Shown one piece after another: positions 15,708-24,000 of a stretch of 24,000 bases of DNA. Every line of letters begins with the position of its first letter. Within the stretch, counting starts at the first letter, position 1. Source of the stretch: an uncultured Actinomycetota bacterium (lineage in GTDB: Bacteria > Actinomycetota > Actinomycetes > Mycobacteriales > Mycobacteriaceae); the NCBI GenBank assembly GCA_963731195.1, contig CAVSVG010000003.1:20635-44634 (forward strand), read 5' to 3'. Under the pieces are notes generated by a model. It had not been told where the DNA came from. It was given only the letters and a program-made list of their open reading frames with translations, and made no database searches. The position numbers were made by a program, and so were the translations under genes.

Positions 15708-15970
15708 GCAGCCAGCGAGTGCCCGGCGGCGTGGTGCATAAATTGCCGGCAGACCTGCGAGACGCGCTGATCGGCAATTCCCCCGCACTCGTTGCGTGGA
15801 AAGACATCACGCCCCTGGCCCGCAACGAGTTCATCTGCTGGGTCGAGGACGCCAAGCAGGAGAAGACGCGAGAGCGCCGCATTCGCCGGACCCAGGAGGA
15901 GCTCGAGGAAGGCATGCGGCGGCCGTGCTGCTGGCCGGGCTGCAAGCACCGCGAGCGCACCGGCAAGTAA
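15704..15970 (+). CDS. YdeI/OmpD-associated (OmdA) family small protein
   Basis: GTG 15704 overlaps the upstream TGA (GTGA, 15704-15707). The 88-aa product reads LPADLRDALIGNSPALVAWKDITPLARNEFICWVEDAKQEKTRERRIRRTQEELEEGMRRPCCWPGCKHR, which is the typical family signature. Confidence 0.75.
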   Translation: MSSQRVPGGVVHKLPADLRDALIGNSPALVAWKDITPLARNEFICWVEDAKQEKTRERRIRRTQEELEEGMRRPCCWPGCKHRERTGK

Positions 15971-16046
15971 CAGGCGAATTCTGTCCAAATTCGATGAGCC
16001 GGCGTTACCGTCTCCTAAGTCGTCGTGACGGAGCTGAGGAGTCGAC

Positions 16047-16535
16047 GTGAACGGATATCGGACCGTGGTAGTCGGGACCGACGGCTCAGATTCGTCAATG
16101 CGCGCGGTGACACGTGCGGGAGAGGTCGCCGCCGCGGAAAACGCGAAGCTGATCATCGCCAGCGCGCACGTGGAGACCGTCGAAAAGGGCGGCTGGTCAC
16201 GAGCACCGTCGCACGATCACGTGACCGACACCCGCGCCGCGGACTCCCTCGGCGGCGAGCAATACATCCTGCACGGGAATGCGCCTGTATACGGGATCCT
16301 TCGAGAGGCGCACGACAAGGCACGAGCCGCAGGCGCTGAGAAAATCGAGGAGCGCGCGATCGACGGTGCGCCGGTTCCCGCACTCGTGAAGTTGGTCCAA
16401 GAGGTGAACGCCGACCTGCTGGTCGTCGGCGACGTGGGCCTGGACACAACCGCCGGACGACTCCTCGGTTCTGTGCCGGCCGAAGTCGCCCGCAAGGCGC
16501 GAATCGACATCTTGATCGTCCACACGGCCGACTAA
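16047..16535 (+). CDS. Universal stress protein (UspA family, ATP-binding type)
   Basis: GTG 16047 is preceded by GAGGAG. The product contains YRTVVVGTDGSDSS...LLVVGDVGLDTTAGRLLGSVPAEVARKARIDILIVH, which carries the G-x2-G-x9-G-S nucleotide-binding motif. Confidence 0.85.
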   Translation: MNGYRTVVVGTDGSDSSMRAVTRAGEVAAAENAKLIIASAHVETVEKGGWSRAPSHDHVTDTRAADSLGGEQYILHGNAPVYGILREAHDKARAAGAEKIEERAIDGAPVPALVKLVQEVNADLLVVGDVGLDTTAGRLLGSVPAEVARKARIDILIVHTAD

Positions 16536-16549
16536 GACCGCTGCGGCCG

Positions 16550-18799
16550 ATGATCACCGTCAGTTGCGGTGATGTCCGGCGCACGTTCCCGCCGGGACGC
16601 GACGTGATCGTCGGACGCGACGTCCGCGCCGACCTTCGCGTTCTGCACCCGGCGATCTCCCGGGCACACGTGATCCTGAGATGTGTCGACGGGCAGTGGA
16701 CCGCGATCGACAATGAGAGCCTCAACGGCATGTTCGTCGGGAAGGAACGGGTGATGACGGCGCCGGTCCGCGATGGCATGACCATCAACCTCGGAAACCG
16801 CGAGGGTCCTCGGCTCTCGCTCGAACTCGGCCCGCCCCCGGATGACCGGCCGACGGTGGAGACGAAGCGGCCCGCGCGGCCGATCACCATCGGACGTGCC
16901 GCCGACAACGACATCGGTATCTCCGACGCGCTGGCGTCCCGACACCATGCCCGGTTGGTGGCGACGCCGTCGGGGATGCAGATCCAGGACGCCAACAGCG
17001 TCAACGGCACGTTCGTCAATGGCGAGCGGACCAAGCAGAAGACGCTGCAGGAGAACGACATCGTCACGATCGGCAACCACGACTTCGTCTTCACCGATGG
17101 CGATCTCGTCCGTCGCGCGGAGCCTGCCACCACGGCGGGCGGCCTGGAGGCGCGCCAGGTCGGCCTGACGCTCGAGGACGGCGACGTGCGCCTGCTGGAC
17201 CGCGTGTCCCTCACGTCCCGGCCGGGTGCGCTGACGGCGGTGATCGGCCCGTCCGGCTCGGGCAAGTCCACGCTGTTGAAGGTGATCGTCGGGGTCTGGC
17301 AGCCGACGAGCGGCGCAGTGACGTTCGACGCGCGCGACCTACATGCCGAGTACGCGTCGATTCGCGGGCGAATCGGCATGGTGCCGCAGGACGACGTCGT
17401 GCATTGTGGGCTCACCGTCGCCCAAGCGCTGAACATCGCGGCCAAGCTGCGAATGCCGCCTGACACCACCAAACACGAACGACAACAAGTGATCTCGCGG
17501 GTGCTCGAAGAACTCGAGATGACCGAGCACGCCGACACACGGGTCGACAGGCTGTCGGGTGGGCAGCGCAAGCGGGTATCGGTCGCGATGGAACTGTTGA
17601 CCGAACCGTCGCTGCTGGTGCTCGACGAACCCACGACGGGTTTGGATCCCGCCCTGGACCAGCAGGTGATGACGATGCTGCGCCGGCTCGCCGATGCCGG
17701 CCGGGTGATCGTGGTGGTGACGCACTCGTTGCGATTCCTAGACATGTGCGATCAGGTTCTGCTGCTGGCCCCTGGCGGCAAGGCCGCGTACCGCGGGCCG
17801 CCCGGCGACGTCGGCGAGGCGATGGGCTTGCAGGACTGGGCCGACATCTACAACGACATCGTCGCGGATCCCGATGGGGCGCAACGACGTTACTTCGAGC
17901 GCCACGGACCGGTGGCCGATCCCGTCGCTGCGGCCACTGCGGCGCACGCCTTACCCGTGGGTAGGAAATCCCGCACCAGCTTCTGGCGCCAAGTGTCTGC
18001 GATCGCACAGCGCCAGATTCAGCTGATCCTCGCCGATCGCCGCTACCTCGTTTTCCTTGTGCTGGCGCCTGTCATCGTCGGCCTGCTACCGCTTGCGGTG
18101 GGCGGTCACGCCGGCTTCACCAAACCGCCGGCAGGCGCATCCGCACCGTTCGAGCCGCGGCAGCTCATCGTGCTGCTCGGCTTCGCGGCGATATTGATGG
18201 GGTTGACGGTGTCGGTTCGCGATCTGATCGGCGAGCGGGCGATCTACCGTCACGAGCAGGCCGCGGGGCTCTCACCGTCGGCGTACCTGTTGGCCAAGAT
18301 CGTGGTGTTCGGCGTCGTCGCGGTGATCCAGTCGGCGCTTCTCGTACTCGTGGTGACGGCGCCAGGGATCGGAAAGCGCCCGCCCTCGACTGCCGCGGTA
18401 CTCAGCAGTCCCTTGTTGGAGTTGTTCGTCGACGTGGCGGCGACGGCCGCGGTGGCAGCGGTTCTCGGGCTCGCGATTTCGGCGGTGTCCCGCAGCAGCA
18501 ATCAGTACATCGCGCTGCTAGCGGTCGCGTGCGTGGCTCAACTCGTGTTCGCAGGCAGCTTCGTCCCGATAACGGGTCGTCCGGTGCTCGAGGCGATAGC
18601 CGCATTCACCCCGGCGCGGTGGGGAGTTTCCGCCATGGCGTCGACGGTGGACCTGACGAATCTCGTTCCGGGTAGCAAGGATTCGCACTGGCGACACAGT
18701 GCATCAGCGTGGTTGTTCGACATGGCAATGCTGTTGGTGTTGGCCCTGCTGTTCGCCGCGTTCGTGCGATGGAGACTGCGACGGAAGGCCGAGGCGTAG
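16550..18799 (+). CDS. ABC exporter with two N-terminal FHA domains, fused NBD and ABC-2 permease (Rv1747-like)
   Basis: - FHA1: VIVGRDVRADLRVLHPAISRAHVIL...IDNESLNGMFV.
- FHA2: ITIGRAADNDIGISDALASRHHARLV...QDANSVNGTFVNG.
- Walker A: GPSGSGKST.
- ABC signature: LSGGQRKR.
- Walker B: LLVLDEPT.
- The C-terminal third is hydrophobic, consistent with a permease. Confidence 0.9.
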   Translation: MITVSCGDVRRTFPPGRDVIVGRDVRADLRVLHPAISRAHVILRCVDGQWTAIDNESLNGMFVGKERVMTAPVRDGMTINLGNREGPRLSLELGPPPDDRPTVETKRPARPITIGRAADNDIGISDALASRHHARLVATPSGMQIQDANSVNGTFVNGERTKQKTLQENDIVTIGNHDFVFTDGDLVRRAEPATTAGGLEARQVGLTLEDGDVRLLDRVSLTSRPGALTAVIGPSGSGKSTLLKVIVGVWQPTSGAVTFDARDLHAEYASIRGRIGMVPQDDVVHCGLTVAQALNIAAKLRMPPDTTKHERQQVISRVLEELEMTEHADTRVDRLSGGQRKRVSVAMELLTEPSLLVLDEPTTGLDPALDQQVMTMLRRLADAGRVIVVVTHSLRFLDMCDQVLLLAPGGKAAYRGPPGDVGEAMGLQDWADIYNDIVADPDGAQRRYFERHGPVADPVAAATAAHALPVGRKSRTSFWRQVSAIAQRQIQLILADRRYLVFLVLAPVIVGLLPLAVGGHAGFTKPPAGASAPFEPRQLIVLLGFAAILMGLTVSVRDLIGERAIYRHEQAAGLSPSAYLLAKIVVFGVVAVIQSALLVLVVTAPGIGKRPPSTAAVLSSPLLELFVDVAATAAVAAVLGLAISAVSRSSNQYIALLAVACVAQLVFAGSFVPITGRPVLEAIAAFTPARWGVSAMASTVDLTNLVPGSKDSHWRHSASAWLFDMAMLLVLALLFAAFVRWRLRRKAEA

Positions 18800-18807
18800 C
18801 GGGGCCC

Positions 18808-19092
18808 TTACTCCCCCGAACCAACCACCCGCAGTACGGGCCGAACGTTCTCTTCGGGAAGCTCGTCCCGACCTAACTGCGTCGTCGCGTCGCTGCGTCG
18901 ACGCAAGTCGGCCGCCACATCCTGGTAGTCCCACGCCAAGTCTCGCGTTTCTTTCGTGACGCGGGTCAGCGCAACGGACACCGCCCCGACGATTCTTCGC
19001 AGGTGGATAACCGTGGCATGAGCGGCCTCATGTGCGGCGTCAGCCCCTCGCGTCAACGCGGCATCTGCCCTGCGACCCAGTGCAGCAAGCAT
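18808..19092 (-). CDS. Hypothetical small helical protein (94 aa)
   Basis: ATG 19092 is preceded by GAGGAGGA and lies 37 nt after the stop of the upstream ADH gene. There is no recognisable family, so the coding status is uncertain. Confidence 0.4.
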   Translation of the reverse strand: MLAALGRRADAALTRGADAAHEAAHATVIHLRRIVGAVSVALTRVTKETRDLAWDYQDVAADLRRRSDATTQLGRDELPEENVRPVLRVVGSGE

Positions 19093-19128
19093 CGATCCTC
19101 CTCGTCGATCGCCGGCGATGCCCAGCAC

Positions 19129-20436
19129 TCACCAATAGCGGGCAGCGCCCTCAAACAATTGTGCCAGCGATGCCTTGTCGCTCTCGATCGGCGCATTCTG
19201 CAGGAGCCGCTGCTGCGGCCAAGCGCCGTCGGCCAACGTAGCCCAATCGGCTTCCCCGTAGCCCACGGCGGACAACCCGTTGGGCATGCCGACCGCGCGC
19301 ATGATTCCAACAAGATGATCGGCCAGGGCGGCGCCTGCCTCGTCTGGGGTGACGTCGCTGACATCCGCGCCGAGGTGGTGAGCCGCTTCGATGTGGCGCT
19401 GAGGATCGGTGGGCGCGGTGAAGCGGAATACCGAGGGAGCGTTGAGGATCACCGACATGCCGTGGGGAACCATCGGTTCAGAACCCGGGTAACCGTCGGG
19501 ATGGAACTCGCGCACCTGGCCGGCCACCGCGTAGGACATGGCATGCGGGATGTGCACACCCGCATTACCGAACGCGATGCCTGCCAGGGTGGCGGCCCAC
19601 ATGGTCTCCTCACGCGCTTCTCTGTCTGACGCGTCGCCGACGGCCCGCTCCAGGTGAGTGCCGAGCAACCGCATCGCTTCGCGACTTCCCAGGTCGCTCC
19701 ACGGGTTTGCACCCTGACTCATCGGTCGAAGAGTCGGCCGATCGGGGGCGGCCCTGCGGACAAACGGTCTTGCGGTGAACGATTCCAGTGCGTGCGACAG
19801 CACGTCGAGCCCTGAGCATGCGACGACCTGAGCAGGCAGGGTGTCGGTGCAGTCGGGGTCGACGAGTGCTTCGGTCGGACGCAGCGCAGGGGAAGCGATG
19901 CCGGTCTTGGCCGACACGGACAGCAGATCGAAGATCGCGATACCGGTCACCTCGCTACCGGTCCCCGATGTCGTCGGGCAGGCGATGTGCGGTTTCAGCG
20001 GGCCGGGCACCGGCGTTCCCTCACCGATCGGAGCATTGACGTAGGAGAGGAAATCGGCGGGATGGGTGGCGTACAGGTTGGCGGCCTTGGCGGTATCGAT
20101 CACCGAGCCGCCGCCAACGGAGACGTAGCCGTCGGGCCCGGCCTCCGACGCGAATGCCGCTGCTCGCGTGAATGATTCATCCGTCGGTTCAACACGAACG
20201 TCGGTGTATTCGACGACGTCGATGCCCGCCGCGCGCAGTGAGCGTTGCGCCGTGTCGAAGGCCTCCAGCGCGGCCACCCCGGCATCAGAGAACAACGCCA
20301 CTCGGGTCATGCCGAGAGCCGCAGCGCGGTCGCCGAGTTCCGCGAGGCATCCTCTGCCGAAGGTGATCCTGGATGCATCAACCGTGAATGCCGTCTCCAT
20401 GCCGTCGCCCGTGGGCTGATAATGACAGCAGCTCAT
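19129..20436 (-). CDS. Iron-containing alcohol dehydrogenase family, hydroxyacid-oxoacid transhydrogenase-like
   Basis: The 435-aa product contains [41 protein letters not shown] and [14 protein letters not shown]. These are the Fe-ADH nucleotide- and metal-binding motifs. GGAGG precedes ATG 20436. Confidence 0.85.
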   Translation of the reverse strand: MSCCHYQPTGDGMETAFTVDASRITFGRGCLAELGDRAAALGMTRVALFSDAGVAALEAFDTAQRSLRAAGIDVVEYTDVRVEPTDESFTRAAAFASEAGPDGYVSVGGGSVIDTAKAANLYATHPADFLSYVNAPIGEGTPVPGPLKPHIACPTTSGTGSEVTGIAIFDLLSVSAKTGIASPALRPTEALVDPDCTDTLPAQVVACSGLDVLSHALESFTARPFVRRAAPDRPTLRPMSQGANPWSDLGSREAMRLLGTHLERAVGDASDREAREETMWAATLAGIAFGNAGVHIPHAMSYAVAGQVREFHPDGYPGSEPMVPHGMSVILNAPSVFRFTAPTDPQRHIEAAHHLGADVSDVTPDEAGAALADHLVGIMRAVGMPNGLSAVGYGEADWATLADGAWPQQRLLQNAPIESDKASLAQLFEGAARYW

Positions 20437-20503
20437 AGAGCCTCCAATTGCCTACAGGTCAGCCTATACCGATGCAGCGTTGATGAAACAGGAAGCGGTA
20501 ATC

Positions 20504-21313
20504 ATGACAGATGACCAAATCAGCACTCACGCACAGCTTTTCGATCTGACCGGCAAGGATGCGCTTGTCACCGGTGGCACCCGGGGTATCGGCTTGATGA
20601 TGGCGCGGGGGTTGCTACAGGCAGGCGCCCGCGTGGTGATCAGCTCGCGCAAGGCTGACGCCTGCGCAGATGCCGAGGAGCAATTGGCGCAATTCGGCGA
20701 TGTCAGGGCCATCCCGGCGGACCTGTCTCAACATGAGGAGTGCCTTCGGCTCGCCGACCTCGTCACCGCAGACACAGACGGCCTGCACATACTCGTGAAC
20801 AATGCGGGCGCGACCTGGGGTGAGCCACTCGAGAGCTTTCCCGACTCGGCATGGGACAAGGTTCTCGATCTCAACCTGAAGTCGCCGTTCTGGCTCGTCC
20901 AGGCCTTGTTACCAGCTCTGCGACAAGCGGGTACGGCCGATGATCCCGCGCGGGTCATCAATATCGGGAGCATCGACGGTATTCATGTGAGTCAGCTGCC
21001 CGTCTACTCCTACGCCGCCAGCAAGGCGGCGGTGCACCAGTTGACCCGTGTGCTCGCCCGCGAGCTGGGACCCCAACACATCACAGTGAATGCCGTGGCA
21101 CCAGGCCCGTTCAGGTCGAAGATGATGGCCGCGACGCTCGATGCGTTCGGCGACTCGATCGCGGCGTCGGCGCCCCTTCGCCGCATCGGCCGCGACGACG
21201 ACATGGCAGGCATCGCGGTGTTCCTGGCGAGTCGGGCGGGTTCCTATCTCACGGGCGCGGTCATCCCCGTCGACGGCGGCATCGCCACCACAGCGTCGGG
21301 GACGTCGGGCTAG
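20504..21313 (+). CDS. SDR-family oxidoreductase (classical, RhlG/FabG-like)
   Basis: The product contains ALVTGGTRGIG, LVNNAGATWG, the catalytic YSYAASKAAV, and PGPFRS...IPVDGG. I prefer ATG 20504, with AGGAAG upstream, over TTG 20480. Confidence 0.85.
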   Translation: MTDDQISTHAQLFDLTGKDALVTGGTRGIGLMMARGLLQAGARVVISSRKADACADAEEQLAQFGDVRAIPADLSQHEECLRLADLVTADTDGLHILVNNAGATWGEPLESFPDSAWDKVLDLNLKSPFWLVQALLPALRQAGTADDPARVINIGSIDGIHVSQLPVYSYAASKAAVHQLTRVLARELGPQHITVNAVAPGPFRSKMMAATLDAFGDSIAASAPLRRIGRDDDMAGIAVFLASRAGSYLTGAVIPVDGGIATTASGTSG

Positions 21314-21427
21314 TCGCGTTCAGGTGAAAGCCCGGAGACGACTCGAGTCGGATCGCCCAATGTGCGGCGGCTGCGAGATTTCACGCGAATTTTCGCAGTC
21401 CGTGCACGCTCGGTGCTGGAAGGGCCT

Positions 21428-22032
21428 TTACGTCGCCCCTGGCCCCCGACCGGTGACGATGCGGAAAGCCCGATTGAGCCTGTCGCGCAGGTAGTCCGGC
21501 GACTCGTCATCGACGAGTGGATCGAAGCGACCGTGTCTGTCCAGCACATCCAAGTAGGTGGCCGCGAGCACGGCGGACCACAGCTTCAGCCCAGACTGGA
21601 CGCGCTGATCTGTCGCCGACGTTCCGAAGCGATCGGCGAGCACACCGGTGAGCATCTCGACACGTTGAGCGGCCACCCTCTTCTGCAGATCGGGCGACGA
21701 CGTGATCGCCTTGCCCATGCGGCGCATCCGGTCGAGGTTTACCGGACCGGTGTCGGCGACGATGTCGGCGACCACCGTGGAATGCGCTGACATCAGCGCG
21801 TCAACCAGTGGCGTTTGCGGGTCGATGTCGGCCAGGGCTTTGGCCACGGAACCGAGCATGTCCTCGGCGACCTTCAGCACGATGGCTTCTTTGTTCCGAG
21901 TACGCCAACCACGTCCTCGGCAGGGATCCCCGTTGCGTCGGCGATCTGCGCCATGGACGTGGCGTCGAACCCCTGCGCCGCCAACAGGGTCAACGCGACG
22001 TCGACGGGATCCTGACCGGCCTGGTCGTCCAC
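21428..22032 (-). pseudogene. TetR-family regulator, one frameshift between the HTH and the ligand domain
   Basis: The HTH (VDDQAGQDPVDVALTLLAAQGFDATSMAQIADATGIPAEDVVGVLGTK) reads from GTG 22032 in one frame and hits TGA shortly after. The remainder (EAIVLKVAEDMLGSVAKALADIDPQ...DYLRDRLNRAFRIV) is in the frame of track ORF 21428-22093. The switch is at about 21885-21900 (CTTCTTTGTTCC). Confidence 0.7.
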
Positions 22033-22168
22033 GGTCGCAAGGTATCACTTCCCCTCGTCGCCATCTGAGCTTTCTGACATGCACAAATGCCAAGAATTCA
22101 CCCCAGCGAAAGGACGTAGCGGTAGGGTTCCGCCACGTTGGGTCCGCCCTCCATCGGAAGGTTCGGCA

Positions 22169-23299
22169 ATGACCACATCACGGCTCCTCGCAGCCGCATC
22201 CGCATCCGCTCTCGTCGTCATCGGATTGGTCGGGTGCGCTCCCCCGGAAAAGGAAAGCACCGGCAACCAGACAGAGTCCGGCGTGGACGCCAAGGCGGCG
22301 ACCTCGGCGGCCGACTTCGGCGGAATGGACGGCCTCGTCAAGGCCGCCAAGGCCGAGGGCCAACTCAATGTGATTGCACTGCCACCGGATTGGGCCAACT
22401 ACAAGGAGATCATCGATACCTTCTCCTCGAAGTACGGCATCAAGGTGAACTCCGCCCAACCCGACGCCAACAGCCAGGACGAGATCAACGCCGCCAACCA
22501 GCAGAAGGGCAAGAGCACCGCGCCCGACGTCTTCGACCTGGGACAGGCGATCGCGTTGGCGAACACCAACCTGTTCGCGCCGTACAAGGTCGAGAAGTTC
22601 GACGACATCCCCGCCGAGTTCAAGGATCCGGACGGCACCTGGGTCAACGACTACGGCGGCTACACGTCCATCGGTTACGACTCGGCGAAGGTGCCGGAAG
22701 TAACCGCGGTCGCCGATCTACTCAAGCCCGAATTCAAGGGCAAGGTCGCCCTCAACGGCGATCCCACCACCGCCAGCGCCGCCGCCAACGGCGTGCTGAT
22801 GACGGCGCTCGCCAACGGCGGATCGGTGGACGATATCGCCCCCGGACTGAACTTCTTCGTCAAGCTCAAGGACGCGGGCAACTTCGTGCCGGTCGACCCG
22901 ACGCCTGCGACGATCGAATCCGGTCAGACGCCCGTAGTCATCGACTGGGACTACCTGAATGCGGCCGAGACCAAAAAGATCCCGACCTGGAAGGTGTTCG
23001 TCCCGAACGATGCGCTCGTCGGCGGCTACTACTTCCAGGCGATCAACAAGGACGGACCACACCCCGCGGCGGCGCGGCTCTGGCAGGAGTTCCTGTACAG
23101 CGACGAGGGCCAGAACCTCTTCCTGAAGGGCCTCGCCCGACCGGTGCTCGCGGACGCGATGGAGAAGGCGGGCACCGTCGACAAGACGCTGCTCGACGCG
23201 CTGCCCAAGGTCGAAGGGACACCCGTGATTCCGACGGACGAGCAGAGCAAAAAGATGGCCGACTACCTCGGGGCCAACTGGTCCAAGGTGATCAGCTGA
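22169..23299 (+). CDS. ABC-transporter extracellular solute-binding lipoprotein (family 1, polyamine/iron-type fold)
   Basis: ATG 22169 is preceded by GGAAGG. The signal peptide has a lipobox (MTTSRLLAAASASALVVIGLVGC). The mature part has an SBP pattern (QLNVIALPPDWANY...GYTSIGYD...ALNGDPTTASAAANGV...VIDWDYL...YYFQAINKDGPHPAAARLWQEFLYSDEGQ). Confidence 0.8.
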   Translation: MTTSRLLAAASASALVVIGLVGCAPPEKESTGNQTESGVDAKAATSAADFGGMDGLVKAAKAEGQLNVIALPPDWANYKEIIDTFSSKYGIKVNSAQPDANSQDEINAANQQKGKSTAPDVFDLGQAIALANTNLFAPYKVEKFDDIPAEFKDPDGTWVNDYGGYTSIGYDSAKVPEVTAVADLLKPEFKGKVALNGDPTTASAAANGVLMTALANGGSVDDIAPGLNFFVKLKDAGNFVPVDPTPATIESGQTPVVIDWDYLNAAETKKIPTWKVFVPNDALVGGYYFQAINKDGPHPAAARLWQEFLYSDEGQNLFLKGLARPVLADAMEKAGTVDKTLLDALPKVEGTPVIPTDEQSKKMADYLGANWSKVIS

Positions 23300-24000
23300 T
23301 CCGGACGCCCTGGCGGGTCAGCTCGGCCTGGACCGCGGAGATGTCCACGTCGTCCAGCGAGCGGTCGACACGGATGGACAGTGCGGCCGCGACACCGGCG
23401 CCCTGACCGGTGACCGCGCAGCAGGACATGTTGCGGGTCGCCGCATGGGCGATGCGGTCCCCGCCGGTGGCGCGGCCTGCGACGATCAACTGCCTGACCG
23501 TTTGCGGTAGCAGTGACCGGTACGGGATCTGCAGATAGCGCCCGGTCGTCGGCAGCACCAGCACCCCGTAGCCGTCGATGAACTCGGGGTAGATGCCGAT
23601 GCTGTCGTCGAACCGGCCCTGCTCGCGCACGTCGGTCTCGGTCAGGTTGTAGACGGCGTCGATCTTGCGGGTGTCGCGGATGCCGATCGTCATCCCGAAG
23701 TTGCGCAGGCGGGCGCTTTCGCAGCCCGGCGTGTAGCGGCGCAGCGCCTCGATCGCCAGCATCGCCTGCCTGCGGCCCTCGATCTCGAAGCGGGTGAGGC
23801 TGTCGGGATCGGTGCCGTCGCAGCCGGCGAGGTGAACCAGGTTCATGTAGGTCAGCTCGCCGGTGTCGTGCATCGCGCCCCAGGTGCCACCGATCGTGTT
23901 CAGGTGGTCCGGGAGCAGGCCGTCGGCGATGGCTTTCGCGAACGGCTTTCCGAGGTAGGGCGAGTAGAGATCGGCGTCCTTCTCGTCGGTCTCGGCCGCG
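23292..24000 (-). CDS. FAD-dependent oxidoreductase (FAD_oxidored-type), 5' end beyond the window
   Basis: The reading frame is open to the window edge, upstream of the track's ATG 23873. The C-terminal part reads IVAGRATGGDRIAHAATRNMSCCAVTGQGAGVAAAL, which is typical of this family. Confidence 0.65.
   Translation of the reverse strand, partial: AAETDEKDADLYSPYLGKPFAKAIADGLLPDHLNTIGGTWGAMHDTGELTYMNLVHLAGCDGTDPDSLTRFEIEGRRQAMLAIEALRRYTPGCESARLRNFGMTIGIRDTRKIDAVYNLTETDVREQGRFDDSIGIYPEFIDGYGVLVLPTTGRYLQIPYRSLLPQTVRQLIVAGRATGGDRIAHAATRNMSCCAVTGQGAGVAAALSIRVDRSLDDVDISAVQAELTRQGVRIS

Noticed and set aside
16153-17745. 530-aa ORF on the minus strand
   Set aside because: It is antisense to the USP and to the FHA/NBD part of the ABC gene, both of which have unambiguous motifs. 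The translation is Ser/Arg/Pro-rich with no domain signature.
18808-19092. Small ORF after the ADH gene as a toxin/antitoxin or anti-sigma component
   Set aside because: It has no partner ORF and no recognisable fold signature. It is kept only as a low-confidence hypothetical CDS.
21339-21350. Perfect 12-bp palindrome CGACTCGAGTCG between the convergent SDR and TetR genes, as a possible terminator
   Set aside because: It has no loop, so it could form only a hairpin of about 4 bp, and there is no U-tract. It is probably a chance palindrome containing a CTCGAG site.
22138-23406. 422-aa alternative-frame ORF over the solute-binding protein gene
   Set aside because: The translation is dominated by Arg/Gly/Asp. 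The +1 neighbour frame encodes a complete lipoprotein SBP with a signal peptide, so this is a frame shadow.
1-24000. Scan for CRISPR arrays, tRNA/rRNA genes, riboswitch-like leaders and long tandem repeats
   Set aside because: I found no regularly spaced repeats apart from the 17-bp pair at 1375-1414. No intergenic region is long or structured enough to suggest an RNA gene. The Ala-codon GC repeats at about 13840-13870 are simply coding low complexity.

Overview
This is a high-GC actinobacterial chromosomal segment. The gene content looks most like Mycobacteriaceae or related Corynebacteriales: an Rv1747-like FHA-FHA-ABC exporter, a 6TM-HAMP class III adenylate cyclase, an Stf-type sulfotransferase and a WS/DGAT fragment. 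All family calls come from reading motifs in the supplied translations; no database search was run. I support about 30 genes.

Intact genes:
- A propeptide-less proteasome homologue, translationally coupled to an orphan NarL/LuxR response regulator (4-1364).
- A DUF899 thioredoxin-like protein coupled to a His/Met/Cys-rich membrane protein.
- A VOC-fold protein.
- An intact TnpB-only IS200/IS605-type element (about 10.31-11.69 kb).
- Threonine aldolase.
- An uncharacterised 389-aa membrane protein.
- A bestrophin-like protein coupled to a YdeI/OmdA protein.
- A universal stress protein followed by a double-FHA ABC exporter.
- A Fe-ADH/transhydrogenase, an SDR, an orphan lipoprotein solute-binding protein and a partial FAD oxidoreductase.

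The main unusual feature is a decay zone at about 2.9-12.4 kb. Within it:
- Six genes (adenylate cyclase, TetR, DUF1214-like, sulfotransferase, epimerase, TesB) each need one to three frame changes to read through.
- Three further genes survive only as fragments: an SDR 5' stub, a WS/DGAT 3' stub and an SDR-like stub.
- Two of these fragments directly abut the IS.

One more TetR at about 21.9 kb is also frameshifted. About 15 kb of other coding sequence, including a 2.25-kb ABC gene, is uninterrupted. I found no rRNA, tRNA or CRISPR array.
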